64,000 nucleotides of DNA from assembly GCA_964643995.1 (NCBI GenBank), contig CAZXUJ010000002.1:14209-78208 (forward strand). Direction: 5' to 3'. This document shows positions 19,096-29,499 of this stretch, piece after piece; within the stretch, counting starts at the first letter, position 1, and every line of letters begins with the position of its first letter. A program made the position numbers and the translations under genes. The notes below the pieces were generated by a model. That model did no database searches. It saw only the letters and a list, made by a program, of their open reading frames with translations, and was not told where the DNA came from. This stretch comes from an uncultured Candidatus Saccharibacteria bacterium. GTDB taxonomy: Bacteria > Patescibacteriota > WWE3 > UBA101185 > UBA10185.

Positions 19096-19998
19096 ATGAA
19101 ACGCAAGATTTTGGTTTTAATGGCCGTTTTCATGGTGCTTTTGGTGGCGTGTAAGGATGAGCCCGTTGGTGCAACGGTGGCGGTACAACCTACTGTAAAA
19201 GCAACCACAGCTCCAACTCCGACAAGCACCCCAACTGTAGTCCCGACCTCTGAGCCGACAAGCACCCCAACTGTAGTCCCGACCTCTGAGCCGACAGCGA
19301 CTCCGACCACCGAACCCACAAGCGTCCCAACGGCTACAACTAACCCTTGTGGCGAAATACCTGGGGGGGAGTGCTTTGATGGCGTAACCTTGAGGCTTTG
19401 GCCCGTGGAACCCACGTTGGGGAGGTGGGTTGACAATGAAACATATGAAATTGAAATCAATCAACATCTGTTTGGATCAGCACTGAAAGACAGTGCTATC
19501 GTAGACCGAGTGTCTCACAATATCGTCAGGATTCATACCGAAAACAATCAAGGTAATTTCAATTTGCCACAGGTTGAGTTTGGTGCAGAATATGAAACTT
19601 GGCTCATTGACATAAATTTTGAGAGAATTGGACTTTACGAAAATACTGCGTCACACCGTTTTTATGCGGTTCTAAAATACGGCGATCTGGTACACATAGT
19701 GTATCAAGAAAACTTTAATGAAGAACCAGAAGTTTATGTAGTAACGGTGTTGGATGGCTACGTGGTATGGCTTAAGAGTGAAGGTGAGTTGGTTTATAAC
19801 CTTAAAACTCTGGGTATAGGGTTCATACAAGCCCACGAAGGGGGCAGTATTAATGCTATAGAAGGGTTTTATGGGAACCTAGGATATAGCAATATACTAT
19901 ACCCAGATCAAGTAACCGTATATCTAGATGGTGAAAGATACCATCCTCACTTTGTGGAAGTGGTTGCCATTGGAGGTGGAATCTACCCCAATGAGTAA
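19096..19998 (+). CDS. Lipoprotein with Pro/Thr-rich linker
   Basis: MKRK + hydrophobic stretch + LLVAC lipobox; PT-rich stalk; AAGGAG SD. Confidence 0.8.
   Translation: MKRKILVLMAVFMVLLVACKDEPVGATVAVQPTVKATTAPTPTSTPTVVPTSEPTSTPTVVPTSEPTATPTTEPTSVPTATTNPCGEIPGGECFDGVTLRLWPVEPTLGRWVDNETYEIEINQHLFGSALKDSAIVDRVSHNIVRIHTENNQGNFNLPQVEFGAEYETWLIDINFERIGLYENTASHRFYAVLKYGDLVHIVYQENFNEEPEVYVVTVLDGYVVWLKSEGELVYNLKTLGIGFIQAHEGGSINAIEGFYGNLGYSNILYPDQVTVYLDGERYHPHFVEVVAIGGGIYPNE
19219..19296 (+). repeat. 36-bp tandem repeat (2 copies plus 6 bp) encoding PTSTPTVVPTSE
   Basis: ccgacaagcaccccaactgtagtcccgacctctgag repeated exactly. Confidence 0.95.
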
Positions 19999-20007
19999 AT
20001 AGTCCTA

Positions 20008-20047
20008 GAAGGACATTATTTCAAAAGAGATAATGTCCTTTTTTTTG
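20008..20047 (+). terminator. Intrinsic terminator
   Basis: GGACATTAT..ATAATGTCC stem followed by T8. Confidence 0.75.
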
Positions 20048-20057
20048 TCTAGAAAAG

Positions 20058-20739
20058 TTATTCTACCCATTCCTCAGGAGGCATAGAGGTTTCTATTAGC
20101 ATAAACCCAGCGCCAGCAGAATCAGCAACCATAGCAATTTTACCCGCAGAAATATCCATAGGACCCATATGTACAGAGCCACCTAAATCCTTAACCTTAC
20201 TCAATGAATCATCCACATTTGCAACAGTAAAATATACAGTCCAATTAGGTGGAAAACCTCCCATGTCTGGTGTTAGTTTCATAGCACCACCATTGCTGCG
20301 TCCGTTGTTTTTGATCACAGTGTAATTATCCATCTCAGGTACCTCAACGAATTCCCAACCTAAAAGTTGAGTGTAAAATTTCTTAGCTACCTCTAAATCA
20401 GGGGTATACAGCTCATTCCAACACATTGCACCAACAGTGTTTACTATTTGAGCGCCAATATGGTTTTTAGGTTGCCAGAACATTATTTGAGCTCCGGTCG
20501 GATCTGTAATGCCATAAAAACGTCCCTCATCAGCAACATCCATTGGTGGAACTAACTCATTTGCACCAAGAGCTATCGCTTTTTTTGCAATTTCATCAAC
20601 ATTATCAACACTAATAAATGAGCTCCAATAAGAATGGGGCACACCTTCAGGAGAAGAACTACCTCCAGCGACACAATGACCATCAAGATAAAACAAGGTG
20701 TAGTTCATCTCTGGGATGTCTTTGTACTATATAGTTCAT
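20058..20739 (-). pseudogene. VOC/glyoxalase (Cfp30B-like) protein with an N-terminal internal deletion
   Basis: GAMCWNELYTPDLEVAKKFYTQLLGW and WTVYFTV motifs. The first-domain CWxDL segment is absent; an out-of-frame start MNYIVQRHP sits at 20739. Confidence 0.65.
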
Positions 20740-22209
20740 TTACTGATTATAGTAGACATAGAAGTGTAAGTCATCATAAAGAGTATATTTTTCAGTTGGA
20801 TAAATCTCTTCATCACAAACATTTTCGGTAGGACTCTGGGTTACGATCAAGTCGTATGGACTATCGCATTGCATGTCGTCTTTACTCAACACTTCACCTG
20901 GATAAAATAGATATAAAGTGGTGTAGTCAGTGGCGTAAACCTTTCGATCCGCACCAAAAACTTCAACTAAATGCTGACCAAGCTTTTTACGGCCAGAACC
21001 CCAATCTTCGCGGGAATTATCAAAACCTGCTTCGAAAGCAATTGGATTCTGATACATAAGAAAGTCAGGGAATAAACTAATGAGTTGAGTGATTCGTATA
21101 CCAAACATAAGCAATAGCATCAAAACTAATACACCTTTTTTGGATTCCAGCAGCGTGTAATAACCAAAGGCAGCAACAAGCAATAAGTAGGGAAATACAG
21201 CAACTGTGTATCTACCAATCTTTTTTTCCGCAAACAATAATACAGACATAAGTACAACCGGAAACATTACCAACAAGAAATTTTCTCTTCGCAAATATTT
21301 TTTCCAATCATGCAATTGCACAACAAGTAAAACAATGCCTAGCCAAACAAACTCACTAACTTTATGTAACAAAAAGTTAAAGTAATATGGCCATGATTGA
21401 ATATGCTGGGTTTTTTCATAACTAAACGTCTCGGTATCAAGTCCTTGAACACCAAATATAAATGAGCCGATGGTTATTCGATACAAAGTAAAAAAGAAAT
21501 CTCCCCAAAAAGCTGGGAACAGCACAAACATAGTTATAAAAGTTGAAAAGGTATAAACTAAGATTGACCTAAAATTCTTATGAAATAAAAAGTCTATTGC
21601 TACAACTGCAAAAAGTACAAAATATAGTGATTTTTCAATAATTGCTAAACCAGTCAAAATTCCAACAATGATTGTATATATGCTCTTGTACGTAGGAAGT
21701 CTCCGAAAATAAACTAAAAGCAGTAGAACCATAAAACCTAGATACATTGGTAAAGCATCTGTTTGAATAACTCGTGATTGACCAATAAGATATGGTTCAA
21801 AAGCTAGAATTACTCCAAAAATTAAAGCAAGTTTTGTACTAAACAATGTTTTCAGCAGATAGATAGTACTTACACCAAGAATCAGTATAAAGAAAGATTT
21901 TGGAATTTTTTGCGCCGTATGCAGCAAAAGTTCAAAATCTTTTCCCTCAGCTGCCACCAAGTCCAACTTATCTTTTGCGAAATAAAGACTCTTGAAGCCT
22001 ATGATATTGGAATAAATAGTTAGCGCACCGGGTTGAATAGACACATACAATCGATCATATTTGCCAGACTCAAACTCTTTCATAAACACATATGACCAGT
22101 TTTTGAAATGAAAATCGTCTTTCGCCACCATATCGTTCCCTAAGCTATAAAACAAAGGGACTGCAAAAATAATAACGATACAAAGTAAAAAGCTTAACTT
22201 TTTAAACAT
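20740..22209 (-). CDS. GT-C (ArnT/PMT-like) membrane glycosyltransferase
   Basis: KDD acidic motif, QPG, EPYLIGQSRVIQTD, many TM helices. Confidence 0.8.
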   Translation of the reverse strand: MFKKLSFLLCIVIIFAVPLFYSLGNDMVAKDDFHFKNWSYVFMKEFESGKYDRLYVSIQPGALTIYSNIIGFKSLYFAKDKLDLVAAEGKDFELLLHTAQKIPKSFFILILGVSTIYLLKTLFSTKLALIFGVILAFEPYLIGQSRVIQTDALPMYLGFMVLLLLVYFRRLPTYKSIYTIIVGILTGLAIIEKSLYFVLFAVVAIDFLFHKNFRSILVYTFSTFITMFVLFPAFWGDFFFTLYRITIGSFIFGVQGLDTETFSYEKTQHIQSWPYYFNFLLHKVSEFVWLGIVLLVVQLHDWKKYLRRENFLLVMFPVVLMSVLLFAEKKIGRYTVAVFPYLLLVAAFGYYTLLESKKGVLVLMLLLMFGIRITQLISLFPDFLMYQNPIAFEAGFDNSREDWGSGRKKLGQHLVEVFGADRKVYATDYTTLYLFYPGEVLSKDDMQCDSPYDLIVTQSPTENVCDEEIYPTEKYTLYDDLHFYVYYNQ

Positions 22210-22264
22210 GCCCTTATATTAACACCTCAGCTGTAAATTCAGGTTTGATATACTTTCTCCTAAC

Positions 22265-22531
22265 ATGTGCTTTTATGTTTATATAGCTGAATGTTCGGAC
22301 AAAACACTTTACACCGGCTACGCCAAAAACGCCACACAAAGAATCATTGAACACAACACGTCGGATAAAGGTGCCAAATATACACGTACAAGAAGACCTG
22401 TGAAATTGGTTTATAGAGAGGAATTTAATACGCTAAGCGAAGCTCTTGCGCGAGAGAATCAAATAAAAAAGCTGTCAAGAAAACAAAAGATTAAACTCGT
22501 TGAGAGAGGTGTTGCGCAAAAGAATTGTTAG
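22265..22531 (+). CDS. GIY-YIG nuclease (UPF0213)
   Basis: FYVYIAECSDKTLYTGY..RIIEHN..GAKYTRTRRPVKLVY. Confidence 0.92.
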   Translation: MCFYVYIAECSDKTLYTGYAKNATQRIIEHNTSDKGAKYTRTRRPVKLVYREEFNTLSEALARENQIKKLSRKQKIKLVERGVAQKNC

Positions 22532-23525
22532 GGTCAAATTGCATGGCTTTAGTGAGATAGTGCTTTGCAAGATTTTTATCACCGTTTTGATAAGCATGTT
22601 GTCCCAGAAGTGCAAATTCAGCAGCAAGCAAACCATCCTCTGGGGACAAAAAGGAAATTGAAGAAGAATTGAATGGTTCTTTAAGAAAAACAAGAGGATT
22701 ATGATCAGAGTCCTTAAAGAAGGCCCCATATGTTGGATAATCAGGTATGTTAGATGTCGAAAAAACTTTATCTGCAGGTACGGAGGAATAAGAGCTAACC
22801 ACGCTTAGTTTTGGAGAGTAGGGATCCATAACACCGAAATATCCAGAATAAGGGAAGTTGTTTATTAATGCTCCACCGTGGTAACCAGCAAGAAACATTT
22901 TTACATCCTTCTTTGGAATCCCCATACGCAATGCTGTAGACATGGTGACAGCTGTGAAATATACACAGTTCTGGTCTACACCTTCCGTGGGCGGAACTCT
23001 TAGAAAGGATCCTTGCGGATCGGAAGTATTTTTTGAAAAATCCAAGTTTAGCTGACCAACTGCAGCATTCAACGAATCATTTCTTAACCGGGTTATTTCA
23101 TCGTGATGCGTCGGGAACAGCTCAAAGTGTTCCTCTAGGGAAATATTTGCTACATCTTCAAGCTTTTGAAAAAATACCATCTTTTTGGAAATTTCTTCAT
23201 CAAGGTGGTCCGCAATACCATCTACGGTAACAGAGTATTTTTCACCTGTAATATCATATGAAGGAATACGCTCATAAAAGGTTAGCAAAGCAACGTTTGC
23301 AATAACACGCTGGATGTTTTTCTCTGGAGCACAATCTGGATCAACGATACCAATGTCAACCAATTCTGTTAAATCAGCTAGTAAGATTTCGGGATCTTGA
23401 TTAAAGTCAAAATCCAAGGCCAATTGTTCTACACCTAAAATATTCGTCAGTTCAACACAATCTTGTGCAAATGTGCGCTCCCTAGCTTCTATTGGAGGCA
23501 AGGATTCAAAATTACTTTCTGCCAT
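22491..23525 (-). CDS. Hypothetical protein with a transglutaminase-like Cys-His-Asp region and a C-terminal TPR
   Basis: QNCVYF..MGIP..AGYHGG..VMDPY; LGQHAYQNGDKNLAKHYLTKAMQFDPNN TPR. Confidence 0.55.
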   Translation of the reverse strand: MAESNFESLPPIEARERTFAQDCVELTNILGVEQLALDFDFNQDPEILLADLTELVDIGIVDPDCAPEKNIQRVIANVALLTFYERIPSYDITGEKYSVTVDGIADHLDEEISKKMVFFQKLEDVANISLEEHFELFPTHHDEITRLRNDSLNAAVGQLNLDFSKNTSDPQGSFLRVPPTEGVDQNCVYFTAVTMSTALRMGIPKKDVKMFLAGYHGGALINNFPYSGYFGVMDPYSPKLSVVSSYSSVPADKVFSTSNIPDYPTYGAFFKDSDHNPLVFLKEPFNSSSISFLSPEDGLLAAEFALLGQHAYQNGDKNLAKHYLTKAMQFDPNNSFAQHLSQRV

Positions 23526-23574
23526 ATAGATATTATACTTCAAACAAAGCCTCTTTATAAAGTACAATAAGTAT

Positions 23575-24507
23575 ATGCTTGAAATCGGGTTGGCAATATC
23601 GCTTGCATTCATAGTTTTATGGTTTAGTTCTGGATTAACCGTAATAGGAATAGAAAAATTATCAAAAAGGCTTCATGTAACCCCTTTTCTTGTCTCTTTT
23701 TTTGCACTCGGATTTTTAACATCGATAAGTGAGATATCAGTTGGGCTAGCCTCAATCATCGACCGTACACCTAGCATTTCTGTTGGTAATCTAATTGGAG
23801 CATCTGCATTCCTGACATTATGTGTGGTTCCTATACAAGTAATAATTTGCAATGGAATTTCGGTAAACGGTAAACAGGACAAAATCAATTTACCGATTGC
23901 ATATTTGGTTATATCGCTACCAGTTTTACTAGTTTTAGATAAGTCTTTAGGTTTTATAGATGCTGGGATAATGTTTTTTTCGTATCTTTTTTTACTATTC
24001 ACTATATCCGGCAAAAAAAACTTGCTTGATAACATTGAAGAAGGACTTAGCCACTCCCAAGTTAATGTTTATAAAGAAACATTGAAAGTTGTGGCTGGTG
24101 CGGCACTTATTGGTATTGCTAGCAAGATAATTGTAGATAAATTGGTTTTTGTTTCTAGTGAATTAAATATTGATCCTTTCATAATTGGTGTTCTGTTTTT
24201 GGCAATAGGTACAAACATACCAGAGCTAACCATTCTGATAAGATCCCTTATTGGGCATAAAAAAGATATTGCACTGGGTGATTACATTGGTTCTGCATCA
24301 CTTAACACGCTTTTACTAAGCTTACTAATATTTATAAATGGAAGCCCTGTCACGTTAGGACATGGCTTAAAATCTAATGTATTGTTGCTTCCACTGGGTG
24401 CTGTTTTGTTTTTGGTATTTGCACTAAACAAAAGGTTCGAAAGACGGGAAGCATTTTTATTGATTGTCTTGTATTTATTTTTTGTATTTTTTGAACTCGT
24501 ATTGTAG
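23575..24507 (+). CDS. Na+/Ca2+ antiporter (CaCA/YrbG family)
   Basis: LTSISE..GNLIGAS and GTNIPE..GDYIGSA alpha repeats. Confidence 0.88.
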   Translation: MLEIGLAISLAFIVLWFSSGLTVIGIEKLSKRLHVTPFLVSFFALGFLTSISEISVGLASIIDRTPSISVGNLIGASAFLTLCVVPIQVIICNGISVNGKQDKINLPIAYLVISLPVLLVLDKSLGFIDAGIMFFSYLFLLFTISGKKNLLDNIEEGLSHSQVNVYKETLKVVAGAALIGIASKIIVDKLVFVSSELNIDPFIIGVLFLAIGTNIPELTILIRSLIGHKKDIALGDYIGSASLNTLLLSLLIFINGSPVTLGHGLKSNVLLLPLGAVLFLVFALNKRFERREAFLLIVLYLFFVFFELVL

Positions 24508-24514
24508 GGAAGTG

Positions 24515-25225
24515 CTAAACCTCAACTAAACTCTTATTCTTCAGGACTTCTTCGTTCAGGCATTCGTCAAGCTTCTTTGGGTCTCGACGGCATTTATATT
24601 CAATTATGCTTGACGATCTATGCGCTGCGCTATATTCAGATCCTTGAGACATAAGATAGCGTTCATGTAGTTCATGTAACAAAACGTAATCCATTTCGAT
24701 AGGGTTGAGATCATTATCCAGCCAGACCTCCTGTAAAGGTACAAAGTCATACACAAAGTGATGGCCACCCTCTGTAAAATCAATAAAAAATAAGTTCCTA
24801 ACCACCTCACCGTTCACAATGCAAACCTCTACTTCACCGAATTTACCAAGATTCCCAACGTATACCTCACGAGGAACTAATCCAAAAAGGTTTGTTACTT
24901 TTTCCTTAACTGTGGTAAGTAACTCATGTTTAAGGCGTTCTCTTTTTTCGGCAGCGTCTGCTTTACCTAAAGCATCGTCATAGGAGACACCGTCATTCAT
25001 CAGGGACCATTCAATGATTAAGTGATCAATAAAATAGTTGCCCTCTCCTGGGGCATACTCTTTATCAAGCCAAAATTCATATTTAGGAATGAAAGGAAAT
25101 CTGTAGTGTTGCCCGAAGTTTGTAAATTCGCGGTTCACATTGTTACGAATGTACTGGCCATCTACTTCATAGGCAGTAAAATCATCAATCTTTTCGAGTA
25201 ATCTCAGATAAGGTTTAGCGAGCAT
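24515..25225 (-). CDS. Hypothetical protein with an internally duplicated domain and HExxE..H motif
   Basis: VDGQYIRN..FTNFGQH..EFWLD vs VNGEVVRN..FTEGGHH..EVWLD; LLHELHERYLM..YSAAH. Confidence 0.7.
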   Translation of the reverse strand: MLAKPYLRLLEKIDDFTAYEVDGQYIRNNVNREFTNFGQHYRFPFIPKYEFWLDKEYAPGEGNYFIDHLIIEWSLMNDGVSYDDALGKADAAEKRERLKHELLTTVKEKVTNLFGLVPREVYVGNLGKFGEVEVCIVNGEVVRNLFFIDFTEGGHHFVYDFVPLQEVWLDNDLNPIEMDYVLLHELHERYLMSQGSEYSAAHRSSSIIEYKCRRDPKKLDECLNEEVLKNKSLVEV

Positions 25226-25251
25226 TAAAATAATTGTACATAATCAGAGGC

Positions 25252-25704
25252 TTAAAGTTCCAGGACTACTGAATCCTCTTTAAATCCATGTTTCAAATAA
25301 AACTTCTTAGCAGATTCGTTCCAAAAAAATACTTCTGCTTTAATTTTAACTCCATACTTTTTACCTTCTTCTATTGCTAATTTTAAAAGATTCTCGCCAA
25401 CTTTCTGTCCACGCGCCTCAGCCGTAATAAACAATTCGTCAATTATAAAATACATACAGTCGCTACAATTCCTCGCAAGAATATAACCAACAGGCTCACC
25501 ATCAGATGATTCAGCTATGAAAAACACATGAGATGGGTTGTTTAGTGAAGCACCAATTTCGTCATCAAAGTCTTGTTCCCAACCATCCCAAAGAAATTTT
25601 TCCTTATCCCCAGAACACTGGGAATTGTATTTAGAAAACTCAACAGCAAGATCAAACAAAACCTGCTTATCTTCTTTTGTTGCTTTCCGATAGTCTATGT
25701 TCAT
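25252..25704 (-). CDS. GNAT N-acetyltransferase
   Basis: LFITAEARGQKVG; NESAKKFYLKHGF. Confidence 0.88.
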   Translation of the reverse strand: MNIDYRKATKEDKQVLFDLAVEFSKYNSQCSGDKEKFLWDGWEQDFDDEIGASLNNPSHVFFIAESSDGEPVGYILARNCSDCMYFIIDELFITAEARGQKVGENLLKLAIEEGKKYGVKIKAEVFFWNESAKKFYLKHGFKEDSVVLEL

Positions 25705-25717
25705 AAGCTTACTGAAA

Positions 25718-26869
25718 TTATACTACTGCTTTTCTTGAAACAAGATGTGCAACTAAAACTAATAATGCGCCAGCCAAAAAAGGATAGGAGATGGAGATAG
25801 TAGCAACGACACCCGCCAGCAAAGGACCAAGTATCTGGCCGATGCTCATGTAAGAGGCGTTGATACCTTGCACAGAGCCCTGTTCTGTATCATCCGCAGA
25901 CTTGGATAAAATAGTTTGACTTAAAGGGAAGACTGCAGCATTAGCCATAGACAAAAATGCAGAAATCAAAATAAAAGGGATTAAGGTTTTTACCCCAAAC
26001 ATCATAGCAAAAGCAACAGCAACAAAAAGGAATGAATATGTATAAACCTTACGCTCACCAAACTTTTTTGTGATGTAAGAAATCCCAAAGAGCTGCATTA
26101 TCAGACCAATTACTCCAAAAACAACAAATATTGAGGAAATTTCAGTTGTAGAAAGCATCAGTACATCAATAGAGAAGGGTTGAAAGGCGTATATGAACAT
26201 TCCAAAAGCTGTGGAATAGACCAATGTGATTAGCAAGATACTACCGATTTTTTCGCTAAAGAGTTCACGAGCAAGCCTTGGAAAATCAAAAAGTTTTTCG
26301 TTCTTAACTTGACCTAGGGTTTGATTAGTCTCTGGAAGCATTGTTATTGTTAAAATGACAGCTACAACCGTTATTACACCTGCAATTATAAATGGAAGTT
26401 CCATTGCATATCCTACAGTTACGGCAGATATCAACGGTCCGAATATAAAGCCAAAGTTAAATGCACCACTTATTATTCCAAATCCTTTAGCACGTTCAGC
26501 TGGTTTTGTTGAGTCAGATATCACCGCAGAGGCAACTGGAATATTACCAGCTGTTATACCATCCAAAGCACGAGCAATAAAAAGAAATATCGCGCTAGGT
26601 GCAAATGCCATCATAAAAAATGATATTGCAGTACCAGCAACAGAGAGTACTAATAATGGTCTACGCCCATATTTGTCAGATGCTCTGCCAATAATCGGAG
26701 TAGAAATAAACTGACAAACCGAAAAGATTGAGAACAATAGGCCGTTCTCAAAAACAGATAAGCCAAACTTCTGGGAGTACGAAAAAATAACAGGAATAAT
26801 GATGCCATACCCAAGGGTATTCACGGTTACTATCAAAGCTACTACAAGTAAATTTCGGTTTTTGAACAT
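25718..26869 (-). CDS. MFS efflux transporter (TetA/DHA1-like)
   Basis: GRASDKYGRRP motif A; ARALDGITAG; GFIFGP. Confidence 0.9.
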   Translation of the reverse strand: MFKNRNLLVVALIVTVNTLGYGIIIPVIFSYSQKFGLSVFENGLLFSIFSVCQFISTPIIGRASDKYGRRPLLVLSVAGTAISFFMMAFAPSAIFLFIARALDGITAGNIPVASAVISDSTKPAERAKGFGIISGAFNFGFIFGPLISAVTVGYAMELPFIIAGVITVVAVILTITMLPETNQTLGQVKNEKLFDFPRLARELFSEKIGSILLITLVYSTAFGMFIYAFQPFSIDVLMLSTTEISSIFVVFGVIGLIMQLFGISYITKKFGERKVYTYSFLFVAVAFAMMFGVKTLIPFILISAFLSMANAAVFPLSQTILSKSADDTEQGSVQGINASYMSIGQILGPLLAGVVATISISYPFLAGALLVLVAHLVSRKAVV

Positions 26870-26889
26870 GCTGTGAAATTTTAGCAGAT

Positions 26890-27909
26890 TTAATTGGAAA
26901 ACTCGATGACCGATTTTATTCTGTTAGTTGAGGTATCGAAGGCCTCCTCAAAAGCTTTTAGGGCATTATCAAAACTATACCGATGTGTAATCAAAGTTGA
27001 TGTGTCAATATCTTTAGATTTTATAAGATCAATAGTTTCAGTAAATGAATCTAGACATGTCCATGAGCCAAGCACCTGAAGTTCTTTCTTTACGATCTGC
27101 ATCATATTGAGAGACACATTATGCTCAAAAACCCCTAAGATAATTACCTTGCCGCGACTTCTGGCAAGATTCAAAGAAATTTGAGCAGTTTCCTCACGAC
27201 CTACAACTTCAAATACAACGTCTGCACCATCTGAACCCAACGCCTTTTGAAAGTCTGCTTGATATGTTAGCTTGGTAGTATTGAACCCAGCATCTATATA
27301 ATTCATTTTCTGGGCGTAACCCAAACGAGAGTCATTTATATCAAACCCATATACTTTACATCCCATAGCCTTAGCTACTTGATTAACGAATATTCCGATA
27401 GGACCCTGCCCTACAACTGCTACTGTGCAAGGCTTAGATATATTGGCACGCTTGATAGCATATACTGCTATAGACAAGGGTTCCACCAAAACACCATCGT
27501 CATACGTAAGTTCAGGCGGTAACTTAAAAACTAAATCGGAGGGCACTGCTACATACTCTGCCAACGCCCCGGATTTATGTAACCCAATAACAATTGGGTT
27601 AACACACAAATTCTTTAAACCTTGCTTACAATAAATACATATCCCACAACCAATCACATGCTCAGCAACCACGTGATCACCAATCATAAGATTTTTAACC
27701 TCACTGCCTATTTCTGCAACATCTCCAACAAACTCATGTCCCATTATCAAGGGTGTTGGAACCTTCATTCCGCCACTATAGATATGTAAGTCGGTACCAC
27801 AAATACCAACTTTTTTAATGCGCATTAAAATCTCGTTAGGTAAAATGTTAGGTTTAGGAACTTCAGTAAACTTTAATTCTTTAGGTCCAAAGTATTGCAG
27901 TGCTTTCAT
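26890..27909 (-). CDS. Zinc-dependent alcohol dehydrogenase (threonine/sorbitol dehydrogenase family)
   Basis: GICGTDLH, GHEFVG, CGICIYC..C, GQGPIG. Confidence 0.92.
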   Translation of the reverse strand: MKALQYFGPKELKFTEVPKPNILPNEILMRIKKVGICGTDLHIYSGGMKVPTPLIMGHEFVGDVAEIGSEVKNLMIGDHVVAEHVIGCGICIYCKQGLKNLCVNPIVIGLHKSGALAEYVAVPSDLVFKLPPELTYDDGVLVEPLSIAVYAIKRANISKPCTVAVVGQGPIGIFVNQVAKAMGCKVYGFDINDSRLGYAQKMNYIDAGFNTTKLTYQADFQKALGSDGADVVFEVVGREETAQISLNLARSRGKVIILGVFEHNVSLNMMQIVKKELQVLGSWTCLDSFTETIDLIKSKDIDTSTLITHRYSFDNALKAFEEAFDTSTNRIKSVIEFSN

Positions 27910-27993
27910 ACTATAAATTGTAATACAAATCTACCAATAATAAATATGCGATTTATTACAGATTCTCCAATGTATGTTATGATATGTGGACCA

Positions 27994-29499
27994 ATGAAAG
28001 CTCTAGAGAAAATAAAAGGCTTGCTATTGCAACATAAAATAATGTTGATCATTCTTGGTGTGGCTGTTTGTAGCATGGGACTTAACATGTCCAAATTTCC
28101 CTATTTCGAGGGTGACGAGGGAATTTATGTATCACGGGCGGTTGCATTAGTGCAAGACGGGAAATTTTCAACAGGAACTTATTGGTACGACCACCCACCA
28201 TTTGGATGGCTGCTGATAGGAATATGGTTAACGATAACAAAAAGTAATATCTTGTTCGAATCACTTTTAACCTCTGGAAGGGTCTTCATATTAATCATGA
28301 ACCTGGTAAATGTAGGATTTATTTACTATATTGCAAACAAAATGACTAATAATAAATACTTAAGCGTACTGGCAGCACTAACCTATGCGTTATCACCACT
28401 ACAGATATACTTTGGGAGGCGAATTTTACTTGACAATATAATGAGTTTCCTTGTCATATCAAGCATATTTGCTTATTTGTACACAAAAAAATGGTGGGTA
28501 GGATCTTCAGTAAGCGCGATTTTATTTGCCTTAGCAGTACTAACCAAAGAAAATGCCATTTTATTTTCGGTTCCACTATTATTACTACAATTGTGGTTTC
28601 CTAACGAAACTACATTACAAAACAAAAGGAAATCGATAGCAGTATGGATATCCATCGCAACACTCATTATCTCAATATATCCAGCATATGCACTAAGTAG
28701 GGGAGAACTCTTTCCAACAGGATATTTCGACTCAGGTGGAAAACCAAGTTTAATTTCTACACTTATTTATCAATCAAAAAGGGACTCATCTGAAGTATTT
28801 GATTTCGTGAAAAATCCATTTTGGAAACATCTTAAATATTGGACCGAAGAAGATCCTGTAATTGTTGGACTCGGCAGTGTTGCTATTACACTGAACCTAA
28901 TCATTGGGGCTTATAAAAAAAATAGAAACGCACTGCTTCTGGCGGCATTTGCATTAGTACAAGTCTTATTCTTTATGCGCGGGGGAGTTGTAATGGAGTT
29001 TTACATACTGCCACTTATTCCAATCATCGCATTAAACATAGCACTAGCATTTAGTTTTTTCTGTGCTAACGATAAAACAGATCTCAAGTTCGTGATTCCT
29101 GTATGCATATTACTAGTTACTACAGGGCTGCTAATTAAAAACCGCAATCCTTTCTTAAACAATCAAACTTCAGCACAAATGATGGCCGTAAATTGGATTA
29201 AAGAAAACAAAAAGGAATACACAACAATAGTCTCGGATAGTTATGCCAAAGCAGATTTATATGGGCAAGAGGGAATCGAGATCAAATCGCACTTTGATGC
29301 AGAGTATGATGACGGATTTGAAAAGAAAATTTTGAGTAAAAAGCAGAAAGTAGACTATATTATTTACACTAAACAAGTTGAATGGGACCTGGATAACCTA
29401 GATTTTGTGCGAAATCTATTGAAAAACACCAAACTATCTCAAGAATTTAAATCTGATGGCTGGGATATTAAGATTTACGAGCCAATTTCAACGCCCTAG
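27994..29499 (+). CDS. GT-C (ArnT/PMT-like) glycosyltransferase
   Basis: GDEGIY..WYDHPPFGW..RRILLDN..LTKE. Confidence 0.85.
   Translation: MKALEKIKGLLLQHKIMLIILGVAVCSMGLNMSKFPYFEGDEGIYVSRAVALVQDGKFSTGTYWYDHPPFGWLLIGIWLTITKSNILFESLLTSGRVFILIMNLVNVGFIYYIANKMTNNKYLSVLAALTYALSPLQIYFGRRILLDNIMSFLVISSIFAYLYTKKWWVGSSVSAILFALAVLTKENAILFSVPLLLLQLWFPNETTLQNKRKSIAVWISIATLIISIYPAYALSRGELFPTGYFDSGGKPSLISTLIYQSKRDSSEVFDFVKNPFWKHLKYWTEEDPVIVGLGSVAITLNLIIGAYKKNRNALLLAAFALVQVLFFMRGGVVMEFYILPLIPIIALNIALAFSFFCANDKTDLKFVIPVCILLVTTGLLIKNRNPFLNNQTSAQMMAVNWIKENKKEYTTIVSDSYAKADLYGQEGIEIKSHFDAEYDDGFEKKILSKKQKVDYIIYTKQVEWDLDNLDFVRNLLKNTKLSQEFKSDGWDIKIYEPISTP

Noticed and set aside
19219-19296. 36-bp repeat as a CRISPR array
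   Set aside because: The copies are directly adjacent with no spacer, lie in frame in a Pro/Thr linker, and no cas genes are present
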